Of a stretch of 64,000 nucleotides of DNA, positions 39,408 to 48,250 are shown piece by piece. The DNA lies in assembly GCA_041697335.1 (NCBI GenBank), contig JBGUGD010000039.1:32001-96000 (forward strand), given 5' to 3'. A program made the translations under genes and the position numbers. Each line of letters begins with the position of its first letter. The stretch's first letter is position 1. The stretch comes from Vampirovibrionaceae bacterium NZW_1234 (GTDB lineage Bacteria; Cyanobacteriota; Vampirovibrionia; Vampirovibrionales; JAGQHJ01). The notes beneath the pieces were generated by a model, which searched no databases, was not told the origin of the DNA, and saw only the letters and a program-made list of their open reading frames with translations.

Positions 39408-39866
39408 TTAGTGCGCTTTTTTAGCGGCGCACTTTTTTTCCATGGATTTGGCTGCAGCACATCCTTTATCAGCATTCTTAACGGCTGCACACTTTTTCTC
39501 GACATGCTTGCCAGCAGCACATTTTTTCTCAGCAGACTTGCCGGCGGCGCACTTTTTCTCGGCAGTTTTAGCAGCGGCACATTTCTTTTCGGATTTTTTA
39601 GCGCCACACTTGGAGCCACACTTGTGCTCGGACTTTTTGGCGCCGCACTTGGAACCACATTTGTGCTCGCTCTTAGAACCACAAGAGCCTTTACCACACG
39701 CAGCATCGCCACCCTTTTCAGCAATCAATTGGCTGTTGGGGATTTCGCTCATCTGAAATAAACCGGACATGGAAGCATCTTCGGCCATGGCCATAGAGGA
39801 CAACATACCAGCACCCAATAACGACATACCCAAGGCTAACGAAGCGGCCTTTTTGGACTTTTTCAT
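39408..39866 (-). CDS. Putative MNIO RiPP precursor (HvfA/oxazolin-like): Sec signal plus 12 Cys in Lys-rich repeats
   Basis: SD AAGGAG; MKKSKKAASLALGMSLLGAGMLSSMAMA signal; ACGKGSCG, 2x SEHKCGSKCGAKK, 6x [ED]K[KG]CAA; directly upstream of DUF692. Confidence 0.88.
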   Translation of the reverse strand: MKKSKKAASLALGMSLLGAGMLSSMAMAEDASMSGLFQMSEIPNSQLIAEKGGDAACGKGSCGSKSEHKCGSKCGAKKSEHKCGSKCGAKKSEKKCAAAKTAEKKCAAGKSAEKKCAAGKHVEKKCAAVKNADKGCAAAKSMEKKCAAKKAH

Positions 39867-39922
39867 GGAATTGCTCCTTTTCAAAACTGTGAAATACTAC
39901 TACTTTTACTCTACAGGACGTA

Positions 39923-39944
39923 ATACTCCCCCTGTTGGGAGTAT
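39923..39944. promoter_or_regulatory. Palindromic operator resembling CsoR/RcnR-family sites
   Basis: ATACTCCC-cctgtt-GGGAGTAT, about 57 nt upstream of the precursor ATG. Confidence 0.5.
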
Positions 39945-40109
39945 CACTAAAATACCATATTTTTTGGGTTCTCCCGCTTCATAGGCTTAGAGGAATATTC
40001 TATCTAAGCCTACATTTCAGCGCATCAAGACGGTGTTTTTCCTGGCTTTTCAGCTATAATAGAGGGCCCTTCCTGTCTCATTATTTACCAAATAAAAGGA
40101 ATCACCATT

Positions 40110-40553
40110 ATGTCCCAAGTCACTCTGAACAATGCCCCGGACCTTCGAAGCAGTTATCCCAGAAGTCCCAATGATCTGGTGGGGGACTATATTTTACTGG
40201 GTCGAATTCTTGATAAATGCCGAGCCGTTCTTGCTGGAACAAATGGAGAGTATAATTATAACTGTCCGCTGGATCGACGGTTTTTCGACTTCACTGGAGT
40301 AGATGCCAACGCGTTCAAAGACCAGGTTGCCCAAGGAAAAACCGATGAGGAGATGCTCGCCTGGGTCAAAGCCAATAGTGCCCCCAGAAGTGAAGATGAA
40401 ATTCTCGCATGGAGCCATGAAAGTCGCTGGGCTCAACCTACAGAACCGGCCATGCGCGCCCACTTTGAACGAACACGTCGGGAAATAGCTCCTGACAGGC
40501 CTTACATCCAATCCTGGTTCCAGTTACTCGATACCGAAGAAGGTCGTTACTAA
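40110..40553 (+). CDS. DUF5069-like protein
   Basis: DLR..YPRSP, LGRILDKCRA..AGT.GEY.YNCPLD..FF.F.G, DEEMLAWV. Confidence 0.72.
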   Translation: MSQVTLNNAPDLRSSYPRSPNDLVGDYILLGRILDKCRAVLAGTNGEYNYNCPLDRRFFDFTGVDANAFKDQVAQGKTDEEMLAWVKANSAPRSEDEILAWSHESRWAQPTEPAMRAHFERTRREIAPDRPYIQSWFQLLDTEEGRY

Positions 40554-40577
40554 TCTTTCAGACTAATTGCTCATAAG

Positions 40578-40612
40578 AAAGCGGCCAAGGATAAATTCCT
40601 TGGCCGCTTTTT
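40578..40612. terminator. Bidirectional terminator
   Basis: AAAGCGGCCAAGGA / TCCTTGGCCGCTTT. Confidence 0.85.
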
Positions 40613-40632
40613 CATAATGGTGAGTATCGATC

Positions 40633-43398
40633 TTAAGAAAACGTCACCAGCTTCTTTACACCATCAACCGCCATCGCCTTAAGCAAATGGTAGAGCGATG
40701 CAAACTGTTGCCGGTTGTAACCGGCAGTTGCGGAGTCAACCAATCCCAAAATGGCATTATTACGACGCCGTGCATTTTTCAACATCGTCCCCAATTCGTC
40801 TAACGTGCATTGTCCGGCATCGGGTGTATCGGAGTTGTCAATCAAACGTTTTGCCACTTGAGCAGCTTCTCTGCTAAAGCGATGCCCTACTTCCTGCGAG
40901 AAAACCCTGGCTGCATCATCCAACTGGAACTGGGTCCTCATATCCGAGGGATAGGACTTGGCAGAAGGAAACCGAGAGAAGCCTCGCATCGAATCGTTAT
41001 GAACCGGATCTTTTTGAAGAAACTCCGGTTGCTCCAAAAGTTTCTCAAACGCATCATCAAGTTCTTGGCGGGTTGGCAACCCCTCTTTCACTGTTCCATC
41101 AGGTTGTTGAATTTTTAACGTGGTCACTAAACCAACCCGACGCGCTGTTTCCGCATCAAGCCGATAACCTGGCGTATTTAACTGCCAGCCCAGCACATTG
41201 TTAATCAGCTTTTTAGACCCGTTGGCCAACCATTTAAAGTTTGGCGGAAATTCATTAAAATACTTGTCCAAATCACCAATGCGCTGCTTGCCGTTCAGAA
41301 TCATGGCATAGGCCAAAGGCTTACCGGCTTTTTGAGCCAAGCGTTCCGTGCCACCCCAGGCAGGAAAGATACCTAAATTCACTTCAGGTAGTGTAAAGGT
41401 GGCTTTATCACATGCAACAATCTCATCGCATGCCAATGCAAGCTCTACACCTCCACCATAGGCATCGCCTTGAACTTTGGCAATCGTCTTAATTTTGGAA
41501 TTGGCAATGGTATCCATCACATAGCGGCCCAATTGTACCGCGCGATCAAAGTCTTTAGCATCTTTCAGGTTTTTCAGCTCATCCAGATCAGCGCCGCCAG
41601 AGAATACCTTACCACCATTGGTTTCGAGGACAATGGCTTTAATCTTATCCGGTTGTTGGTTCGCCTCTTCGACAGCCCGCTTCAAATCCAACAAGGTCTG
41701 AGAATCCAACGTATTGAAGTTATTCCCACCCATAAAGTTTTGTACTTTATCGATAGTGATGGTTTGGACCCCCGTTTTTGGATTAAAGCTGGTGGATACA
41801 TGGCTGACCTTCATTTTGTCAGAACTAAGTTCAGGGACTCGGAACGTCTCACCATAGCGTGTGCGAATGGACTCTAACGCAGAAGCCACCATGGCAGTAT
41901 GACTCAGCGGCTTTTTTGATTTTCCGAGCGACAGCCAAGAGGATTTTGGTGCTGGGCTATCTTGCTGCTGCATCCATTGAAACGGCCTAAAAGACCAGCT
42001 AAAACCTACCTGGACAATATTATCGACATCTTTGGCGTCACATAAACCTTCATCCACAATCTGCATGGCAGAGGCACAAAGAGCACCGCGAAGTCGATCT
42101 CCCACAAGCTTTTCCAACGCCTTTTTCTCCGCCGGTGTTTTGGGTTCAGGCTTATCCAATTTCGTCATACCATAGGGGAAATATTCTGCTTCAGCTTCCA
42201 GCTTCTTAATTTCCAGATCCAGTCTATCTACACCCTGCTTTTTCTGGTCTAATTGGTGCTTTTCTCGAAGCGCTTGCTTCTCAGAGTATGGTGCCTTCGA
42301 TTTCTCGAGGTTGTACTCCAGTAGAGCGACATCATACTCCCGCTGCTTAGCAGCTCGATCCTCACGAAGCTGCTTTAAGGGTCCACGCTTGATACCCTGA
42401 ACCCGTTCAAATTCTTTTTGAAGCAACTCGGAGACCTTGTAATAGGGGCCCAACTCTTCCATATTTTTGGCAATTTGTACTCCTAAATCACCATATTTCT
42501 TGAAGAGTTTAAAGGGCGGCATCAATTTTTCTTCGGCCACAACAGGCATATCTGCCAAATTGCCCCACAGAATCTTGGAAGCTATTTTATCAATGGTTTT
42601 TGGCCCAGCCAGTCCTTCTTCATAAAGCCGCATTGCTTCGGTAGCCACTGTAATCAACAAACGATTGGCGACAAATCCGGCGGAGTCCTTCTTCACCAGA
42701 ACCGGAATTTTTCCGACAGCTCTGGCATATTTCATGGTTTGCTCAACCACCTCGGGCTTGGTTACACCAGGAATAGGAACAACTTCCACCAACAGGTTCT
42801 GACGCGCAGGATCAAAGTAATGAAGCCCAATAGCACGCTCAGGATGCTTTAGAAGCTTGGCTACTTCCGAGACGCGTAACGAAGATGTGTTAGTTGCAAT
42901 TATAGTATCTTGATCAACACGGCTTTCTAGGTTCTTCAGGGTCTGCTGCTTCAAAGGCAAGTTTTCATTAATCGCTTCAATGACCAGACCCACCGAAGGA
43001 AGATCTTCACGTCGATAGCCTCCTTGTTCTGGAGTTAGGCTGAGACGCTTACTATCTAATGCACGGCCTTCGGTCTCCTTGGTAGCACGAAAGTACTCTC
43101 CAGGCTTAATAACGCCTTTAGAAGCACCAATTGCCATTTCGCGGCGCGCTTCAAATACAGCATTCAGAGCCACCTCTTCGGACATATCAGTCGTCAGACG
43201 ATTAAAACCGGCAGTAGCAGCATTTTGCATAATGCCTTGTCCCATTTTGCCGTTGCCGCCTAAAATGAGGACATATCGATCTCGGCGCATGGCCTCCAAC
43301 GAGCCAGGCTGAACCGTAAAGCGCCCAAAGCGCAATGCCTTAGAACCTCTAGCAATTCTCACCTTGGAAAACCCATCTGATTGAGGCTCTAGGAGCAT
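40633..43398 (-). CDS. 3-hydroxyacyl-CoA dehydrogenase / enoyl-CoA hydratase fusion (dehydrogenase N-terminal)
   Basis: GGNGKMG, VIEAINE, ATNTSSL, GLHYFDP...LVE, GFVANR; C-terminal FSGGADL, GGGVELALACD, LPEVNLG..P.WGGT. Start uncertain (43398 vs 43551). Confidence 0.88.
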   Translation of the reverse strand: MLLEPQSDGFSKVRIARGSKALRFGRFTVQPGSLEAMRRDRYVLILGGNGKMGQGIMQNAATAGFNRLTTDMSEEVALNAVFEARREMAIGASKGVIKPGEYFRATKETEGRALDSKRLSLTPEQGGYRREDLPSVGLVIEAINENLPLKQQTLKNLESRVDQDTIIATNTSSLRVSEVAKLLKHPERAIGLHYFDPARQNLLVEVVPIPGVTKPEVVEQTMKYARAVGKIPVLVKKDSAGFVANRLLITVATEAMRLYEEGLAGPKTIDKIASKILWGNLADMPVVAEEKLMPPFKLFKKYGDLGVQIAKNMEELGPYYKVSELLQKEFERVQGIKRGPLKQLREDRAAKQREYDVALLEYNLEKSKAPYSEKQALREKHQLDQKKQGVDRLDLEIKKLEAEAEYFPYGMTKLDKPEPKTPAEKKALEKLVGDRLRGALCASAMQIVDEGLCDAKDVDNIVQVGFSWSFRPFQWMQQQDSPAPKSSWLSLGKSKKPLSHTAMVASALESIRTRYGETFRVPELSSDKMKVSHVSTSFNPKTGVQTITIDKVQNFMGGNNFNTLDSQTLLDLKRAVEEANQQPDKIKAIVLETNGGKVFSGGADLDELKNLKDAKDFDRAVQLGRYVMDTIANSKIKTIAKVQGDAYGGGVELALACDEIVACDKATFTLPEVNLGIFPAWGGTERLAQKAGKPLAYAMILNGKQRIGDLDKYFNEFPPNFKWLANGSKKLINNVLGWQLNTPGYRLDAETARRVGLVTTLKIQQPDGTVKEGLPTRQELDDAFEKLLEQPEFLQKDPVHNDSMRGFSRFPSAKSYPSDMRTQFQLDDAARVFSQEVGHRFSREAAQVAKRLIDNSDTPDAGQCTLDELGTMLKNARRRNNAILGLVDSATAGYNRQQFASLYHLLKAMAVDGVKKLVTFS

Positions 43399-43636
43399 TG
43401 ATGTATCAGATACAGAATTATTTTTCAGGCCTTTCGCAACCCCCTGCGCAAATAAAAGCCTCCCCTTCGCTTGAATGTCCACGATGCATAGCCTCCCCAA
43501 AAACTGTGTATATTCTGTTATGACTTTTTCATTATCTGTAATCAATCTCAAAACGAAAGTCGCTCGTTAAGAGTTGTTACAGACCGATGTATTTTCCTGA
43601 GCCTCGACGCCAAAGAAAGAAACTCAGGCGTTCCAC

Positions 43637-43667
43637 AAAAAAAAGGCCCCAAATAATCAGGGCCTTT
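43637..43667 (-). terminator. Intrinsic terminator
   Basis: AAAGGCCC / GGGCCTTT stem with an A8 tract (U tract on the minus strand). Confidence 0.7.
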
Positions 43668-43703
43668 ATGAAACAAAATGTGTGTGTGTTCTTCAATTAA
43701 ACT

Positions 43704-44381
43704 TTAAAAATCAAAGTCTGGATCAATGCCTTGGTAACCATACCCATAGGCATCACCGTAATACCAGTTATTCAGATAATCTGGAAAAAGTCCATTGGAA
43801 GGTGTTCCTGTATATGAGGGATCATCCATGGTGCCCCAGGGCACTGGAGGTGCTGGATAATGCGGTAAATTGGGATATCCTCCTGGATAAACACCATAGG
43901 GCTCGAACTGATTCGGGTAGCCTTGAGGAGTCGGGTTCGGCAACAAGCCTTCATTACCCAAGAGCAAACCTGCAAAGAAAGCTAACATGCCTGTAATAGG
44001 GGCATAGTTGATATTGAGAATGTTGTAATATCGGTTGAATGAGTCAATATTTGTCAAATTGCCGGATTGCAAATCGCCGGCAGAGTCAAAATTACTATAG
44101 CTTGCTTGATTTCCGGAGCGACTATCACCGGACAGAAGAAAATCAATTGCATTCGGCCGGGAGTAGGCCCAGGGAGAGTTGGATGGATACGGGTAAGCCG
44201 AAAAGGGTGTTTCTTGAAAATTATCAAACCCTTGAGCATAACTGGAAAATGGGTTTACGTTAAACCCGGTATTGAAAGGAATCGAAGGACCTGCCCCTTG
44301 ATGAAAGCCAATACCACCATTATGGTAAGGCACCATTGGCCCATTAGATGGATAAATTGCTGGAGGATAAGGGACAGCCAT
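43704..44381 (-). CDS. Hypothetical Pro/Tyr/Gly/Asn-rich protein with one hydrophobic segment
   Basis: Low-complexity ORF with its own terminator. Confidence 0.65.
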   Translation of the reverse strand: MAVPYPPAIYPSNGPMVPYHNGGIGFHQGAGPSIPFNTGFNVNPFSSYAQGFDNFQETPFSAYPYPSNSPWAYSRPNAIDFLLSGDSRSGNQASYSNFDSAGDLQSGNLTNIDSFNRYYNILNINYAPITGMLAFFAGLLLGNEGLLPNPTPQGYPNQFEPYGVYPGGYPNLPHYPAPPVPWGTMDDPSYTGTPSNGLFPDYLNNWYYGDAYGYGYQGIDPDFDF

Positions 44382-44714
44382 AAAACACGACCCATAATAA
44401 AACTATACTAATATAATAAAAAATATATCCTTATTAAAATTGCCTGAGCAGGAGTTGATCGCGTGGCAGTTGTAACATTTCTTTATGAGCCAGGCAAACA
44501 CCCATAGAATTCACCGCATGCAATCTGCTTTGACCGACGTGAATCCCAACATCATGGACAAGAAAGCCATTTATCAGGAAGTACATTAAAGCTTCTCTTG
44601 AAAATCTGATTTCTCGAAGTTAGCCCAACTTTGTTAGAATGAAACAATAGTGCCCACTGTTTCATCAAGGGTTCTGGTTCCTTCCCCTGCAACCATTTAT
44701 AAAGAGGTTATTCG

Positions 44715-46970
44715 GTGACACCCCCTCGAGTCCTAGTTCGCTTACTCTCAGGCGCTTTTTTGCTTTCCTTAACATCAGGTTCTGTATTTGCCTCAGCCCC
44801 TATTCCTTTACCCTTTGAACCTTTAACGCCCCCCACACCTCAGGCGCCTGTCGCGCTCAGCACTATTTCTATAGAGCCCCACCAGATTGCCCTAGCCCAG
44901 TCTGTTTCCACAGCTCCCATTCCTCAGCTTCCCAACATATCAACAAATAACAGCAATTCAGTACCCCGAAAACAGATTGTGCCGTCAACATCTTTGCCTC
45001 CCTCTGAACCGATTACGCTCCGTTCAGACTTGGATGAGCTTGCTCAAAACCCACCTCAGAAAGGCTCGCTTGAATTAACTGCAACAGATCCGGATACAGG
45101 GAAACCCGTTAATATTAACATAAACAGTGACGAACTCTCCTACGACCCCCAAACAGCCATCTATACTGTCGAAGGAAACGTCTATATAATCATCCCTGAA
45201 AAAGAAACAGAGCTTCTGGCTGATAAAGTTACTTTTGACACAAAGTTATCCACCATGGTGGCAACGGGGAACGTCTTTATCATTAATGATGGTCAAGTCT
45301 TGGGCAGTCAAATGGCCCACATGAAATTGAAAGACAATCTCTCTTTCTATGCAGAACCCCGAACCATTACCGATGATGTTCGTGTCCGGGGCAAAATCGG
45401 TCTTCGCTCGGACCAGTACACCATTATGCGAAATGGTCGTATCATTATCACCACGGAAGCAATGAATAAGATTGCTAACAGTTATTCTGGCCGTCGTCTT
45501 CGGCTAGGACCCGGTGCACATTTTGCTTACTTTACTGCCTCCAATGGTAAAGCCATTTTAAGTGGTCGGCTTCAGCAGGCATTGATTGAAGGTGCAGGAA
45601 CATTCTATGATTTAGCAGATAATAACCTGGAAGGTTCTGGACAAGCAGCGGATTTACAGGTTGCAGACAAACCTGTTAGCCCCAAGGATATTGCAATTGC
45701 TGACTATGAAGGGCTAAACAGTGATTTCAAAGTCAAAATCAAAAACATCAACGTCTATCGAAAAAAAGACGGGTTTGACAAAATTTATCTGCATCACCCC
45801 TACTTTCGATACAAGAAAGTTCCTCTATTCTATATGCCGCTCATGGATTTCGGTTATCAGGAAAATCAACGTTTCCTGACCTATTTAGGTCCAGATATTG
45901 GATTTAGCGCAGACTATGGTGGTTTCTATGCAGGACCAGGCTGGGACTTTCCTGCCTTAAAAGGATGGTTAAAGCTCTCTCCCATAGTAACTTACGGAAG
46001 CTCCGTAAGAACGACCGATTCAAACCAGGCGGAACGTATTGATAATCAACTTGGCTTTGGTTTTTTAGGCCATTATCGTGCTCCGGGAAACCAGACTGAG
46101 TTCGGATACAGTACCACTGTCCGGCAACCCATTTTGATGATGCAACAACGCCTTTTTGGGCGAAATGGCACGCGTTTGCGGTTGGGAATGAATCACTTAC
46201 AAACAAACGGATTTTTCGGGCCCGAGCGCCCAAAAGACACAGCAGAAGTTATTGATTATCGTAATTTCAACCTGGGAGATCGGTGGAGCCTTGGAACTTA
46301 TCTATCTTCTGGGGTAATGACCGATAACTTCTTCCCGACCCGAAGCACGCGTTTCTTCGTGTCCCCTAAAGGCAGCGGGCCAGTTACGGCAGGACGATTC
46401 CAAGTCCAAGGTCGCCTTCTGAATTCACAGCCCCTACTTTATCTGGGTAACTTTGGCTCGATTGGTGCTTTAGCTCAAGCCCGTCTATCAGCTTACACGA
46501 CAGGGGATGTTTACGGGATCTTACAAGCCGGTCCCTATCTTAATCTCTTGACCGGTCCGGTATTTTCCCAAATCAGTTACCGTTACGGTGTTGAGGCCGG
46601 AGAGAGCCCCTTTGTATTTGATACCTTCTTCCAAGGCCGAAATAACATTCAGACCATTAATACAATTGACCTTGGCAAATTTGTGAATATTGGTGCCGTC
46701 CATGGGTTTAACTTGGATGAAGACAATGCCCGTAACAGCTTGTTGATTGATCAACGTCTGTTTATGACGGTTGGCTCGAAGGCATTAAGATTAACTGTCG
46801 GGGTCGATCTCATACAAAAACGTTCTTTCTTTGGGATAACTATTAACCCTCAAGGGGGACAAATTGCGACAGACTACAGCAATTTGAATATCTATGAGCA
46901 GGGCTATAACCCTCGGCGCCAACCTCCGGCGCCTGTTCCAACCGATATTCTAAACTTTGTGGGACAATAG
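44715..46970 (+). CDS. LptD/OstA-like outer-membrane assembly protein
   Basis: Signal peptide, OstA-like jellyroll (INSDELSYD, VEGNV, LADKV.FD, ATGNV), C-terminal beta-barrel-like region. Confidence 0.72.
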   Translation: MTPPRVLVRLLSGAFLLSLTSGSVFASAPIPLPFEPLTPPTPQAPVALSTISIEPHQIALAQSVSTAPIPQLPNISTNNSNSVPRKQIVPSTSLPPSEPITLRSDLDELAQNPPQKGSLELTATDPDTGKPVNININSDELSYDPQTAIYTVEGNVYIIIPEKETELLADKVTFDTKLSTMVATGNVFIINDGQVLGSQMAHMKLKDNLSFYAEPRTITDDVRVRGKIGLRSDQYTIMRNGRIIITTEAMNKIANSYSGRRLRLGPGAHFAYFTASNGKAILSGRLQQALIEGAGTFYDLADNNLEGSGQAADLQVADKPVSPKDIAIADYEGLNSDFKVKIKNINVYRKKDGFDKIYLHHPYFRYKKVPLFYMPLMDFGYQENQRFLTYLGPDIGFSADYGGFYAGPGWDFPALKGWLKLSPIVTYGSSVRTTDSNQAERIDNQLGFGFLGHYRAPGNQTEFGYSTTVRQPILMMQQRLFGRNGTRLRLGMNHLQTNGFFGPERPKDTAEVIDYRNFNLGDRWSLGTYLSSGVMTDNFFPTRSTRFFVSPKGSGPVTAGRFQVQGRLLNSQPLLYLGNFGSIGALAQARLSAYTTGDVYGILQAGPYLNLLTGPVFSQISYRYGVEAGESPFVFDTFFQGRNNIQTINTIDLGKFVNIGAVHGFNLDEDNARNSLLIDQRLFMTVGSKALRLTVGVDLIQKRSFFGITINPQGGQIATDYSNLNIYEQGYNPRRQPPAPVPTDILNFVGQ

Positions 46971-46982
46971 GTCTGCAACGGA

Positions 46983-47010
46983 AAAACGACGCTTAAAAAA
47001 GCGTCGTTTT
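46983..47010. terminator. Bidirectional terminator
   Basis: AAAACGACGCTT / AAGCGTCGTTTT. Confidence 0.85.
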
Positions 47011-47046
47011 AGAGGTTTATCAGAGTTCAGAACCCAAATCTTTGGT

Positions 47047-47214
47047 TTACATACCTTCAAACAAAAAGCTGCAATCACGGCCAAGCAAGGACACTTCCAT
47101 CATCAAACCCATTGCAGGGCGAATCATCTGGCGGTGGCTCAACAGGTTCACTTCCAGGCAGCTGCTGAGGCTGAGTAAATCGGCTTGGTTGTCCATCAAA
47201 ATCATTGTTTGCAT
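47047..47214 (-). CDS. Small 55-aa hypothetical protein
   Basis: Strong SD AGAGAGAGGAG; MQTMILMDNQADLLSLSSCLEVNLLSHRQMIRPAMGLMMEVSLLGRDCSFLFEGM; ends just before the bidirectional terminator. Confidence 0.5.
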   Translation of the reverse strand: MQTMILMDNQADLLSLSSCLEVNLLSHRQMIRPAMGLMMEVSLLGRDCSFLFEGM

Positions 47215-47373
47215 AGTTTCTATCTCCTCTCTCTTATTCGTACACCGAAGTAATCTCTTCTCTATGTTTGTATAAAAACAAACATTTTGATTTTGATTCT
47301 AGTTTGTAAAGTTATTTTAATTTCAAGTTTTAAGACATAGGGAAAGTCTGCATCAGCAGTGTATTTTGCAATG

Positions 47374-48066
47374 CTAACGCTGCACAATGCGCTCCAAGGT
47401 TCGCTCAATGGCCTCTCGATCCTCAGGTGCGGCATTGGCACGAAGCTGATCCGGCGTAAGGGCTGAATTCGAGTTATTATTTTGTGGTGACGGGTTCTGA
47501 TTGTTTCCTTGCGCCCCGGCGGGATTTACCGATTGATTCGGTGAGCGACCTTCCCGAGACCCATGCAAGAGATAATGTTCGTATCCCGAGGCGAAGTCGC
47601 CACGAGCTACTGCTGCAGCCACATCCGGATTACCCGCCAAATAAAAATCCTCATCGAAGCTCCCATTACCCTGTTGACCATTCTGTCGGCTTGCATTTAC
47701 CGTGGGATTGGTTCCCAAATCCCTTTCCTCTTCCAAGCCATGATCCAGGAAATGCTGGAAAGGGTTACGGCCATAAAAGGGGTCAGCCGCTACATCTGGA
47801 TTAGCTCTTAAATAGGCTTGTCCATCGAAATTCCCACCCCCCAAGTTCCGTCCCTCGTTTTGACCATGAAGGACATAATGGGCATAGGGATTACGGCTAA
47901 AAAACGGATCGGCAGCCACATCCGGGTTCTGTCGCAAGTAAGCTTGGCCGTCAAAATTTTCACGACCGCCGGTATTTTGCTGCGCCGTATTCACCGCATT
48001 CGCCAACCGAGCCACGGCTTGAGTCAGTAAATTGGCGCGAAGTTGCGCGCTTGCCAAGGGTCCCAT
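47374..48066 (-). CDS. FD..YL..NPDV repeat protein (paralog 1)
   Basis: Three repeats FD.xxYL.xNPDVAA...H[YF]..HG..E.R; ATG at 48066. Confidence 0.8.
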   Translation of the reverse strand: MGPLASAQLRANLLTQAVARLANAVNTAQQNTGGRENFDGQAYLRQNPDVAADPFFSRNPYAHYVLHGQNEGRNLGGGNFDGQAYLRANPDVAADPFYGRNPFQHFLDHGLEEERDLGTNPTVNASRQNGQQGNGSFDEDFYLAGNPDVAAAVARGDFASGYEHYLLHGSREGRSPNQSVNPAGAQGNNQNPSPQNNNSNSALTPDQLRANAAPEDREAIERTLERIVQR

Positions 48067-48250
48067 AACGCACCTTTCCTCAGTATTACCTATATCCATG
48101 CAGTCGTATCACTTAAAAATATAAAAACACTCATAAATTTAGCCCATGTCACTTTATTACTGCTTGTAAACCTTAAAAAAACCTTAAGGCTCTGACTGCA
48201 GGTGCATACCAAGGCCTTAATCAGGGAGAAACAAGCCCTCAAACACCGGG

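Noticed and set aside
39440..39680. 27- and 39-nt periodic DNA repeats that could be read as a CRISPR array or VNTR
   Set aside because: They are in-frame coding repeats of the precursor with synonymous variation; there are no unique spacers and no cas genes.
39362..39761. Alternative-frame and antisense ORFs over the precursor
   Set aside because: By-products of the repetitive, stop-poor sequence; only the Cys-repeat frame has an SD and a signal peptide.
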